The notes under the pieces are model-generated. The model saw nothing but the letters and a program-made list of their open reading frames with translations, was not told the DNA's origin and made no database searches. This document shows positions 1 through 11,991 of a stretch of DNA of 64,000 bases, piece by piece; position 1 is the first letter of the stretch; each line of letters opens with the position of its first letter. The DNA comes from Massalongia carnosa. Taxonomy: Eukaryota. The DNA is taken from NCBI GenBank assembly GCA_965645245.1, contig OZ287074.1, positions 1,240,001-1,304,000 on the forward strand. The letters are read 5' to 3'. The translations under genes and the position numbers were made by a program.

Positions 1-497
1 ATCCGAAAGAGGAAGAAAACCGAGACCCATCACCTCACATATTATTGCTCGAACCAAGAAGACATCCTTTACAAGTAGACCAAAACAAACAATACATATC
101 GGTCTGTGAAAAGCCCCAATTCGTTCTTGGAGCAATAAATACAGCGTCTTCCAATATTGATAGCTAAGCATTAATCGAGGTTGCTTGACGGACATATTGG
201 CTTACGAATAACCTGCTTCGTAGTTCAACTGGAAAAAAACATCGCGCGAGAGCAAAGAGAAATATATGCTCCAGAAAAACCGTGCCAGCAAAAGGTTAGA
301 ATTCGAGGATTCAGTGCTAATATAGTAAAAACAATGATATACGTTGTATGAGAGGTCGCCATTACCTTGTAGTTAAAGTGTCACGTGTCACTCCAACTAT
401 CAGATTACGTCCTGACCCCAATCACGCACATATCATTCTCTTGACGGCGCAACTCTCTGTATTGATCTCATTGCAAACTTGTATATTACCTAAATCA

Positions 498-1445
498 ATG
501 GACGAGAAGCTTGCTTTCAAAGGACCTTCAGGTACTGGGGACCATTCTCCAGCTTACGCACATATGCCACCTCACCCCTCTCACACGCGTCGAGCCATCA
601 CTTTGTTCCTATCGATGTTGCTTCCATTATATATACTTGCAAGCTACTTTGGCATCTTTAATTCGGAGCGAACTGTTTCCACCACTTCCAGCGCCTTCGC
701 GCGGCACCCTCATTCTCCAGATTCGCAGACAACCATCCTTTCCCATTCGAACCAGTCAACCCTAGTTCCGTTAGAAGCTCATATCATGTCCAAATGTCCC
801 GATGCTTGCGACTGTCTCCATGATCTTGTTGTTCCAGCCATGGAGAGGATTTCCGAAAATGTTGATTTCCGCTTATCCTTTATCGGAAGGTCAGTCTACT
901 TACCTCTTCTTTTTCTCTCACGCTCAATATAAAACCACAATCGTCCTTCGTCCTAGAAGCCTTAGTTGGAGGCTTGTCTTTATTTCCTTTGTATTTTTTC
1001 TCTGAGAGCTTACATCGTTCCTTTCAGTATGGGAAAAGATGAGAACATTCATTGCAAGCACGGTGCAACAGAGTGTCTCGGTAACATGCTCATCCTCTGC
1101 GCCGACAATCTCCATCCCAACAATCCTGTGATATCTCTTGGCTTCAGCAACTGTCTTATAAGTTCATACTCTCGTATTCCGCAACGAGACCTGGTCGAAT
1201 CCTGCTCGCTGGAGCATGGAATTGCATTTGATGAGTTGAACGCTTGTGTAAGCGAGGAAGGAAAGGGAATAAGTCTTCTATCAGCAAGCATAGAAAGAAG
1301 TCAAGAAGCTGGGATAAAAACAAGCTGTACCATTAGAGTCAGGAACAAAACCTGGTGTGTAAGGGACGACGGCGAATGGAAAGATTGCGATCATGGACAC
1401 AGTGTTGATGATTTGGTCTCGGAGGTCTTGAATAACAAAGGATGA
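498..1445 (+). CDS. GILT-like (gamma-interferon-inducible lysosomal thiol reductase family) protein, 2 exons
   Basis: ATG 498; TM segment; 'LEAHIMSKCPDACDC' motif; intron ~890-1027 (GTCAGT...TTTCAG); exon 2 'CKHGATECLGN...SCTIRVRNKTWCVRDDGEWKDC'. Confidence 0.85.
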
Positions 1446-2652
1446 ATGAAGTAATGCATAGTGTTTCATTGGTTCTTTAATTTCATCTCCTATAACAACG
1501 TCTAAAGCCTCTATTTTCCGATACTCCTATTGGGTAACACTATCGGATGTTGACGGAGAGAAGATTCCGGCTCGTCATAAGCGTTTATCTTAGAGATGCT
1601 AGTAGTTCGGGTACCTCTATTCCTTACTAGAGGAAGTCAGTCAGGGAATCCTGAATCTATCAAAAGGCTTTGCAAGTGTCAGGTTGCCGTTATATCAGCG
1701 TCCCCATTTCTTCAACGGCAACATGGTTAGGTGGGTCAGCTGTCTTACAATTTCAAGGCTATTCGCACAATAGTTCAAGTGTCAATTATTGTATTGAATC
1801 AATATTTGATTCAACTTGGAGGATCCAGGCCTTCGATATGAATGGAGTTACCTGTGGATTGGTTCAGGCAGCTTATTAATTTCTGTTCTGTCACAATATC
1901 ATTTATGATGACTCGAGTTACTATGATCTCTTCCGGCAGATACAACTTGCAGGCTCTTTCCCAGCGCAATTAGTGGAAAGAACTGTATGAGAGTTTTCCC
2001 TGCCGACCATGTTACCTCGCCGCTCGATGCTCGTTTATATATCGATCATCTACCTAAGAGACCTGATATTGCTTTACTCAATAGCCAGCCTGAGAAATGC
2101 GTTCTCCTGGATGGTACTCTGGTTAGTAATTGCCCCGAGTAACTCTAGTTCGTTGAATCACTTTATGACACTAACAAAGAAAATGTAGCACATGTGCCAA
2201 ACTGCATGATCAGCTTCTGCAAAGCGTTCGCAGTGTTTTTAACAATCGGTGACTTGCTCCCTTGTCTGCCTCAACTACGGTATGAATTCATTCAACTAGC
2301 AATCGGGTTATACTTTCTTCCATTTGTTATCAAATTGCTTGGACACACTCGAATAAGAATCGCATAACCAGGCTTCGGCAAAGTTTATTCTTGGTCGGTT
2401 CTGGAATTCTCAAATCAATGTGCTCATAAATCCCATATCTTTGGTTCTGTGGCTTTTCAGTATGGATGATTGGACACAATTCTGAAATGTCTATTTGGTA
2501 TAGCTTATCGCTCCAACAACAACGATAAGAAGAAAAACTAGGGCTCCACTCGCGCTATAAGACATAGTATTCCAATATCCTGAATTTCACCTTCCTCCTG
2601 TTCCTCTTTGTTCAAATCTTCCCTTCGAGCCAGCGAGCAACTTTGAGCAACT

Positions 2653-4566
2653 ATGAAGGGAAGTATTTTTTCCGATGCTGCCTTCGTCGTAGCCCTTGCT
2701 ATCGTTTTCTTCGTCCAGGACGTCTTGGCGTACGGGAAATTTCATACCAATTTGACGATTCCTAGCCATTCCAAGGTTCCTATCCCTTGGAAGGTCTCTA
2801 GCCATCCCCTCGCCACAGTTCACAAGACCAGGTCGTCTTCTCTCATCAAGTCAACTCCCCTCGCGACCAGTTCTGCTTCTGTCAGGCCAACAACTTCCAG
2901 AGCCACTTCTACCCGAAAGCTCAGCTCCGATTCAACTCTTCGCAGGACCAGTTCCCTTCCTAAATTCGCTTCGACCTCCCTCATCAAGTCGACGACGCGC
3001 ACCACCATTTCAAGCCTTCCCAGCTCAACTACTCCCCGCAGAACCAGTTCTCTTCACCAAACCAGCTCAAGCTCTCTAATCCAGTCGACGACCCGCAATA
3101 GGACTATTTCTCTTCCTAGAACCACTTCAATCTCCCTCATCAAGTCGATGACGCGAATCAACATTCCAAGCCTTCTTAACTCAACCACTTTCCGCAGAAC
3201 TAGTTCTCTTCCTAGAACCACTTCAATCTCCCTCATCAAGTCGACGACGCGAATCAACATTCCAAGCCTTCTTAACTCAACCACTTTCCGCAGAACTAGT
3301 TATCTTCCTAGAACCACTTCAATCTCCCTCATCAAGTTGACAACGCCGACCAAGGCTAATTTCCGTTCTAAAGCCCGCTTGAGCTCTTTTATTACGTCGA
3401 CGCTTGTTAGGACCAGTTTCTTTCCTAAATCTAACTCAACCTTCCTTACCAAGTCGATGACGCCCATCAGGATCTGTTCACTAAATAAAATCAATTCGAC
3501 CTCCCTTATCAAGTTGACGACATTCATCAAGGCTACTCCTCTTCCTATAACCAACTCGACCTCCTTTGCCAAGTCGACGACGTCCATCAGAACTAGTTTC
3601 TTCCCTAAAAGCCAATCGACCTTCCTTATCAAGTCGATGACGCCCGTCATCATTTCGAGCCCTCTTATCTCAACTACTCGTAGGCCTACGTCAGCCTCCA
3701 GGACGAACTCATCTCTCTCACCTAAATCTTCTTCCTTCACCTCTACTTCATCGGCTAAAGTTACTTCATCTCTTTCTGCCGGAGCAACGTCTCTCACCTC
3801 AATTTCACTCTCCAAGAGTGCTTCTTCCCTTTCTACCAGCTCTATCGTTCGGAGCACCACCTTAACTTCTAAAATCAGCTCGTCGTCGACCGACAGGATC
3901 ACGCTTCAGACGACCACTTTAGTCGATAAAACTAGCCCTACACCAGCTACGCAAACTACTCCTGGCAACCCAACCACACAAATCCAGTACATTATCGTAA
4001 AGCTCTATTTCACTACGGTCTTCAACGTTCAAAATGTTACGATTATCAACAACTATAACACATTTATTCACAAAACAGAAATGTCGCTCAAAGTCTTTGC
4101 CGCTTACGATACCAACATCATCAATTATTTCTGTCCTTCGCCGTACTACTATTTTGCAAAGCTTTGTGATTCATGCACTATTGTCAAGGTCTCCAAGGTG
4201 CATAACGTTATCTTCGGGGGACCTGCTTGCCCCAATTGCCCTGCCAAAACAATTCTCAAGCCGGATACCAGAGCTCTTGTTACAATTACGGACAAACGTC
4301 ACTCCGAAGCCGTTCAGGTAGGAAGAGTATCCTATGCTCCAGTTAAGCATACCGTTCTAGACGGCTTGCCCTGGAAAAGCCCAAAGCCATGGAAGACCAC
4401 TCTTCCTAAAGGTCCCCTCATTCCGGGCAATGCGCACAGCTTCAGAAATTGCAGTTCTTCAACAGAACCTATCGCCTCAATACCTAGCGCATCAAGACCC
4501 AGTGCATCAAGACCCAGTGCATCGAAAACGAGCGTACCGTTTAAGATAATGTTAACTGTTGATTGA
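2653..4566 (+). CDS. Secreted Ser/Thr-rich mucin-like protein with internal repeats and a small Cys-rich domain; 3' end uncertain
   Basis: Signal peptide (MKGSIFSDAAFVVALAIVFFVQDVLA), very high S/T content, 'TSISLIKSTTR'-type repeats, Cys cluster near the C-terminus. Confidence 0.7.
   Translation: MKGSIFSDAAFVVALAIVFFVQDVLAYGKFHTNLTIPSHSKVPIPWKVSSHPLATVHKTRSSSLIKSTPLATSSASVRPTTSRATSTRKLSSDSTLRRTSSLPKFASTSLIKSTTRTTISSLPSSTTPRRTSSLHQTSSSSLIQSTTRNRTISLPRTTSISLIKSMTRINIPSLLNSTTFRRTSSLPRTTSISLIKSTTRINIPSLLNSTTFRRTSYLPRTTSISLIKLTTPTKANFRSKARLSSFITSTLVRTSFFPKSNSTFLTKSMTPIRICSLNKINSTSLIKLTTFIKATPLPITNSTSFAKSTTSIRTSFFPKSQSTFLIKSMTPVIISSPLISTTRRPTSASRTNSSLSPKSSSFTSTSSAKVTSSLSAGATSLTSISLSKSASSLSTSSIVRSTTLTSKISSSSTDRITLQTTTLVDKTSPTPATQTTPGNPTTQIQYIIVKLYFTTVFNVQNVTIINNYNTFIHKTEMSLKVFAAYDTNIINYFCPSPYYYFAKLCDSCTIVKVSKVHNVIFGGPACPNCPAKTILKPDTRALVTITDKRHSEAVQVGRVSYAPVKHTVLDGLPWKSPKPWKTTLPKGPLIPGNAHSFRNCSSSTEPIASIPSASRPSASRPSASKTSVPFKIMLTVD
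3109..3337 (+). repeat. 96-bp (32-codon) tandem repeat, ~2.4 near-identical copies
   Basis: T(C/A)TCTTCCTAGAACCACTTCAATCTCCCTCATCAAG... begins at 3109, 3205 and 3301. Confidence 0.9.
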
Positions 4567-4850
4567 TCTTGTTTCACATAGTATTATCTATTTTTCTGTC
4601 TACAGTAATATTTAATGTATTCGAACTATATATCTAAAATATCCTATGAACAACTAATATGGATTATCTGCTCAGTGCTCATTGATTGCAGCAGTCAGTA
4701 GTGCACCTACTACCCGACTCCGCTTAGCTCCCTCGCCCTTATAGCTATATAAAAGGACCATTTCCCATCTTCAATCAACATGCTTTTTACACCCATTTCC
4801 TAAGCACTCTTTCGTGTCAAAAACACTAACTTCATATACTTTACAAATAG

Positions 4851-5755
4851 TTTAGGCCCCATCAAGGACTACTGCATCCAAGTCCAGCATATCAAGACCT
4901 AACACAACCAACCTTTTTGCGGTAACTTGGAGAGTACCAAAAACTAGTGCACTGACGGCGAGTTCATTCAAAAGTGTGGAGGACCAATTCAACCAGCTCG
5001 TCTACTCTTTTCCAGTCAACTTCCCTCACTACAATTTCTCTTTCTATTAATCCTGGAGTATACAAAACCATTTCAATGACAAAGTCCAGCTCCACTTCTC
5101 CTTTCAAACCAATCACCTCATCTTCCTTCGTCAAATCAAGATTTCGCACGAGCAGTTTTGTTGCTTTCAGCTCGACCTCTCACGCAGCCACTCCGAGTCG
5201 ACAAAGCAATTTTTCTGCTCCCATAAAACCCACTACCTGCATGACCACTCCCACCACCTCAGCTCCAGTCAACTCAACTAGTCATAAGACCACTTGACTA
5301 GGGAAAGCGGTTCGTCATGTTTGCTCGGATAAAGCATCCGCTCCACCATTTCAACCTTGGTCAATTCCACCGTACGCAGAACCACCCTGAGACGAAAAAG
5401 CAGCTCTTCATCCTTTGTCAAATCAACCTCCGGCTTCACAACCTTTCCATTCTCTAATTTAGTCCGTAAGACTAGCCTACAGGTCGAAATGCAAGCACAG
5501 CGACTTTTAGCAATCTCAAACCCTCACTGCGGGCTTTCCAGGTTTTGAATTTAAATTGGATATCCCATCGGCTGGTCCGCTACTCTATTTAAAACATTCC
5601 GCCAAAGGCTCCAAATCTGAAGTGCAAGTCTGAAGTATCGCACTATCAGAAACTCTCAAGGTACAGGTTCCGAGAAAGGCGGAGCTTCGTCCAGTCTCGA
5701 TGCTTCAGCCTATGCCCTTATTCCAGCCATGGTTGCTGCCATGTTTTCACTATAG
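4851..5755 (+). pseudogene. Fragmented Ser/Thr-rich continuation ending in a GPI-anchor-like signal (probable 3' part of the 2653 gene)
   Basis: CTAAC...AG acceptor ending 4850; S/T-rich ORF pieces in several frames; terminal 'GSEKGGASSSLDASAYALIPAMVAAMFSL*'. Confidence 0.45.
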
Positions 5756-6176
5756 ATCCCCTATCTAATCTGGCTCCTATTGCCTGGATCATGTTTTGCG
5801 GGTCAATGGGTCATCATCACCACGGGATCAATTGCCATCACTGAGCCGAAACGGCTGTGTACCCTAAAGGTTAGCTAAGTGTATAAGGGAGTTCAGATTA
5901 CATGAGGGGCCTTATGTTTGGTATTGAGTCGAAAAGGTAGTGCTTCGATAGTCAGGTTTGATACATGATATGGGGAGTTTGGGGGGGTATACGTAGAGCA
6001 GCACTCCGTACTTCGTACAGAGTCCACAGAGTCATGATTTGTCAGCAAGAATTTCTCAAGCAAAGGTACCACAATCCTCGACCTCATACATATCGCGTTC
6101 AACAACGCCAGTCAACACACCAAAAACCTCCACTCGTCTTGCTACATTGCACTTCTTCATCTTCTTTCCTAGCATC

Positions 6177-7316
6177 ATGGGTCTCTCTCGTATCTTTCGC
6201 ATCCCTCGCCCCCAATCATTCCTCTACCTAATGTCCCTCCGCACCGGCACCGAACTCATAACCCTTTCCCTTCTCCTCAACAAAATCTCCTGCCTCTATG
6301 GCCTCCTAGCCCTCCTAACCGGCTTGCATCTCTCTCCTCTCCAACTTTCCATGTATATCTACTCCCTCCTCGCACTCGCTGTCGCCGCCCTCCTGGCCCC
6401 GCACATTCGCAAGCAATCTCTCTTTCACTGCCTCGCCCTTGCCTGGTTCTACATCATCGATTCGATCATCAACGCAGCCTACACTACCGCCTTCGCAATT
6501 ACCTGGTTTCTCGTCGTGTCGCAGCACCATAGCCAGGCCGCCGCCCAGAAACCCCCTCCTGGCGCTGGCGGTGAGACCATCGATGACACTGCCGGCTTCA
6601 CATCCCCCGCCTTCAACGTCTCACACGTCGACGTTGCCGTCGCCCCGGATCAAGGCATTCCCGCCGGAACCGAAGCCGTCGCGATTGGCGCCCCCGGCTT
6701 CATCGCCAGCGCCATCACGACCGCTGCGCCGAGTCTTGGCCACGGCGTGCTGCAGCCCGAAAGCATTAGCAGCGTGATTGCCATCTGCGCGCTCTGGGCC
6801 GTGCGCGCATACTTCATCCTTGTAGTCATGAGCTACGCGCGTCTCGTGCTGCGACAGCATCTGGCCGCCACCTCCCGCGCGCCACCATCCGCAGCAGCTA
6901 CACCTCCGCACAGCGGTAAATCCTCGCTCGCATACGTAGAGGACCCTTTCGCTGCGCACTTGCCCGAGGGAAAAGGCTGGCAGGGCCGCGTCGGAAGAGT
7001 ACTCGTGCGGCTGGGACGCAGCTACTGGCTTGGCGCTAGCGAAGATGAAAGCGGAGACGAGGCGTGGCTGAGCGGTGCTGAGGGACGCTTTCGCCGGCGG
7101 GCAGACGTGGTGGGTGGGGTGGCGGACGTGCTGGCGCCAGGGGTGGTGGAGAGGGAGCGAAGGAAGCGCAGTGGGACTTTGGAGGGCGATGGAGGCGTTA
7201 CCACTGCGGCGTCTGCGGCGGGGGATTCGGGCAGCGAGAGACGGTCGGCGGCTGGCGCGGGGGGGAGGCCGGCCATGCCGCTGTTGGCGGGTGGCGGGCA
7301 GTTTTTGAGGGTTTAG
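6177..7316 (+). CDS. KEI1: Inositolphosphorylceramide synthase regulatory subunit Kei1 (DUF1753)
   Basis: 'PRPQSFLYLMSLRTGTELITLSLLLNKISCLYGLLALLTG' N-terminus, multiple TM helices. Confidence 0.85.
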   Translation: MGLSRIFRIPRPQSFLYLMSLRTGTELITLSLLLNKISCLYGLLALLTGLHLSPLQLSMYIYSLLALAVAALLAPHIRKQSLFHCLALAWFYIIDSIINAAYTTAFAITWFLVVSQHHSQAAAQKPPPGAGGETIDDTAGFTSPAFNVSHVDVAVAPDQGIPAGTEAVAIGAPGFIASAITTAAPSLGHGVLQPESISSVIAICALWAVRAYFILVVMSYARLVLRQHLAATSRAPPSAAATPPHSGKSSLAYVEDPFAAHLPEGKGWQGRVGRVLVRLGRSYWLGASEDESGDEAWLSGAEGRFRRRADVVGGVADVLAPGVVERERRKRSGTLEGDGGVTTAASAAGDSGSERRSAAGAGGRPAMPLLAGGGQFLRV

Positions 7317-8732
7317 CGTTAGGAGGTTTGGTTAGGAGGGGGGGGGGGAAATAAGTGACCGGGGAAGTGGAACTGTTAGGGTTGGGGGTTTCTATTTTTT
7401 TTTTTGGAAATGGAAATGGATAATGAGGCGTTTCTTGCACAATGGGTGCTGTGGTTGCTTTGTACATTTTCCTCTCGACTTTGGTCTTTGGTCTTCCGTC
7501 AGTCTTTCCGTTCTTTGATATTTCGTTATCTACCGGTTCCCCTGCCTGTATCCCCCCATTTCCCCCCTTCACTCTCCAATTCTCCATCTACTTACCTACC
7601 CCAGGCCTCAGGGGAGCCGTACGTACATATGTACATACATACATATATGGGTTTATTGAGCTATGGACTTATACGTTATGGGTCCGTAACGAGTACCTAC
7701 CTACCTACTCTACCCACTCACCCTGGCAAGCTATTTACCAAACCCCCTCTTCCAACCTCCTTACCTACCCTAGCTAGCCAATCATCCCTTTTCCCTTGTT
7801 TTGTATGTCTGGAGTGTATATGCGGTGCGAGAGGCTGTTACGAGGGACTTTTTGAGGAAGGAAGGGGGAAGGGAAATAGAAAGGTAGGAGAGCAGAGGGA
7901 ATATGGTTTTTTGGGGGTCTTTTCTTTTTCTTGTTTCCTCTTCGTTGAGAAATGTAAATATGTAGGGGAAGAGAGTGGGGAGGGGAGGTGGTTAAAAGGG
8001 ACCGCAATGCGAGCAAGGAATTGAGGTTTTTATGGTGTAGAGTATGTAGTAAGTAGGTGTTTGTGTTGATGAGTGAGAACCGATCGGTAGAGGCAGGAAA
8101 GGGTTGTAGAGATTGTCCAGGATTCTAGAATCGCCGCCGTTCCTCCCCTAATCACCATTCCCCTTTCCCTCTATTGGGTGAAAATTGATAACATAGCCGC
8201 AACTATGATCTAAACGCTTATGATTAATACGCTGCATCTCTTTTTCTCTCTCTCCCCCCTCCCTCCGCGTCTCTTCCCCCTCTTTGAAAAGAAAACGAAT
8301 CATCCTCCTTCTCGGAAAATGAACCCCTTCGCAATTCCCATCCACTATTGCGCCTCCAACGCCCGCTCTCCCCTCGCTCTACCGAACGCCATGCTTCGCT
8401 CGCCGGAAGGGAAAATGAAAAGAAAAGAAAAGAAGGGGCAAATTTTATAATGCTCGAGTGGGGGAGGGGACTGAAAGGAGAGAAAAGAAGGGTTATACAG
8501 ATGGATAGATAGATCGAAACAGACAACGCCTTTTGAGAAGTGAGAATACATTTGAGAAACGGTGACATGATTGAGCGCTGCTATGATAAGGTGAGGAGGT
8601 TGAGTAGCTGATTGGGAAGCTCTGGAGATGGGGATCTTGTATGGTCGAGGTTTGCAGGTATTGTGCGCATTTTTGCGCGTCTTTTCGGGACCGGGGATCC
8701 TGCCCGCACTCATTTGAGGGGGTTTTCCGTAG

Positions 8733-9650
<918 letters not shown>

Positions 9651-10035
9651 AATGTGTAGAATGGGGAACTCGAGCAGCAGCACAGTCAGAGAGTCTCTGC
9701 AGACCGAAAGAAACGAGAAATGCGAGATGGAAGAAGAGGTGATGGAGGATAATGAAAACTGTTCCTCCCACAGGTACTCGTACTTGGGCTTTGCACTGTC
9801 GGTATATATTTTATTTCTTGTTTAACTAGAGGACATCGGTAAATTATTCCTCCGTTGCCCCCGAGGTATATCAGAGCAGCTAACTAATCTAAGTTAGATA
9901 TCTAGCTAGCTTCCTGAGGGGCCCAGATTGGCTAGAGTTTACCGCATTCGCACAGAGTACCCAAGGTTCGAACTCAAATCATAGAGTCAAAGCAGTTGCA
10001 TCGCGCCGGACCGTCTTTCAGAGTGGACTGTGAAG

Positions 10036-11433
10036 ATGCCATCAACGATTGAAGCGCCTCAGCAATTTAGGCAGCCTTCACGAAAGGGAAAGAGAGCTTG
10101 GAGAAAGAATGTTGACGTATCAGAGGTCGAAATTGGGCTTGAAAACGTCAGGGAAGAGATTATCGCTGGGTAGGCAGCTGGAGCGTTCATCTACAATCAT
10201 CGCTAAAATAAGGTGCAGAGGAATTTTAGCGGAGAAACCTGCAGATGCGCTCTTCACTCTCGACATCACGGGATCAGAGACAATCCAGAAATCTTACATG
10301 AGAACCCACAAGCCGCTAAAGGCTGATCAGATTCTTGCTCTCCGCTCTGCTGTACCTCCGGTCGAGAACCAAAAACGAACTCGAGTCACAGATGGCGTTG
10401 TTGAGCCAAGCAGTAAGAGGCGAAGGAGCAATGGAGTCAGCCATAAGCAGTATGAAAAACTTAGGAAAAATGCTTATGGAGGCGAATCAATCACCAGGGA
10501 CGTCATTAAAACCGACGAAATACCCCAGCATGACCCATGGGCTACTGTGAGTCATGACGTTGACGCGGATCCAAGGTTCTCATATCTTGAGAAGCCAAAG
10601 CCTATACGGGCTCCGCAGACACTGAAAGAATCTCCAATATCCCTTGTCGCTGGTACGGGGGCTTTTCCTGCTGTCTCAACGCCAAAGGCAGGCACTAGCT
10701 ACAACCCCGTATTCGAAGATTGGGATCAATTATTGGTGGAAGAAGGCCAGAAGGCAATAGAGGCGGAGAAGAGGAGACTCAAGGAGGCTGAAATTGAAAA
10801 GAAACGCCAAGAACGGATTGCCACCGCCCAGGACGAGAATGAAAATATAAAGACCGAGGACGAGAGTGCCTGGGAGGGGTTTGATAGCGAGTACGAAAGC
10901 GCATCGTGGTTGAAGAAGCGCCGTCCAGAACGCAAGACTCCCACGGAAAGGAATAAAGCCAAAAAACGAAAGGCTGCTGAAAGGCAGAGAAAATCGGATC
11001 TTCTGTTGAGTAAATGGGCAAACCAAGCTCAACAAATCAAGAAAATTGCAAAAAATGTCGAAGCGGAGGCTAAAATGAGGGCTATCGATAATGCACTGTG
11101 CAAAGTCTTAGCTCTAGATAAGGTTGATGGCCGAGTGCTTAGGCGGAGGAGATTAGGAAAGCACTTGTATGTTGATATGCTATCGATCATAGAACAACCA
11201 GCTAACCACCCCGATGTAGCCTCCCGGAGCCTTCTTTAGAGATTGTCTTGCCGGATGAATTGCAAGAGTCCTTACGAATGCTTAAGCCAGAAGGTAATCT
11301 GCTCAAAGAACGATTCCGAAATATTCTCGTTAGAGGCAAGATTGAGACCCGGAAGCCAATCCAACAGCCAAAGAAAACCCGAAGATCATTCACTGAGAAA
11401 TGGACGTATAAGGATTTTCAGATACCTACATAG
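10036..11433 (+). CDS. NOP53: Ribosome biogenesis protein Nop53, 3 exons
   Basis: 'QFRQPSRKGKRAWRKNVD', 'LFTLD' motif, C-terminal 'LKPEGNLLKERF...GKIETR...EKWTYKDF'. Confidence 0.92.
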
Positions 11434-11991
11434 AACTTGCTAGGGTAGGAATAACTAAAAACTCACTTATAAATAGCAGCTACGTTGTTATTGATGATTC
11501 AAAAGTCCCATACTATAATAAACAATAATGCTTGTTGGTGTGAATCGGTGCAGATTAATCGAAAATTGTTATCAACTTTGCCGAGTGAATAACATGGCAT
11601 GGTAGTGGACACCAAATCTTCCCGGTTACACTAGAAAAATGGACGAGACAGCTGTAGGTGGCGTCCGACAAATGAGTACGGATTATATTTATCTATCAAT
11701 CATTACGTTCAAAACATCAGTTTAGTGTACTGCCTTCATTCTTTTATTGATAGGGGAAAGGAGAGAAAGGGCTGGAGAAAGACATATCGTGGCCCCTTTG
11801 GCAGATCTACGAGACTAGGCCAGATTAGGTCGATCATCATCATCTGAACCTTACAGTTACTTCACTTTGCAGACACACTCTCATCATCACTCCAATCCCT
11901 CCACATTAAGGCGCGAGCAAGGACCACTGACTTGGTACCACTGCACGTCTCTTTCCAAGGAAAACAACTTAGTATCAAACCCTCTCTACGT

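Noticed and set aside
795..815. Extra Cys in the GILT-like active-site region (CPDACDC)
   Set aside because: A single substitution; significance cannot be judged without an alignment
7404..8713. ORFs between KEI1 and YPT6
   Set aside because: Low-complexity convergent 3' UTR sequence with no protein-like features
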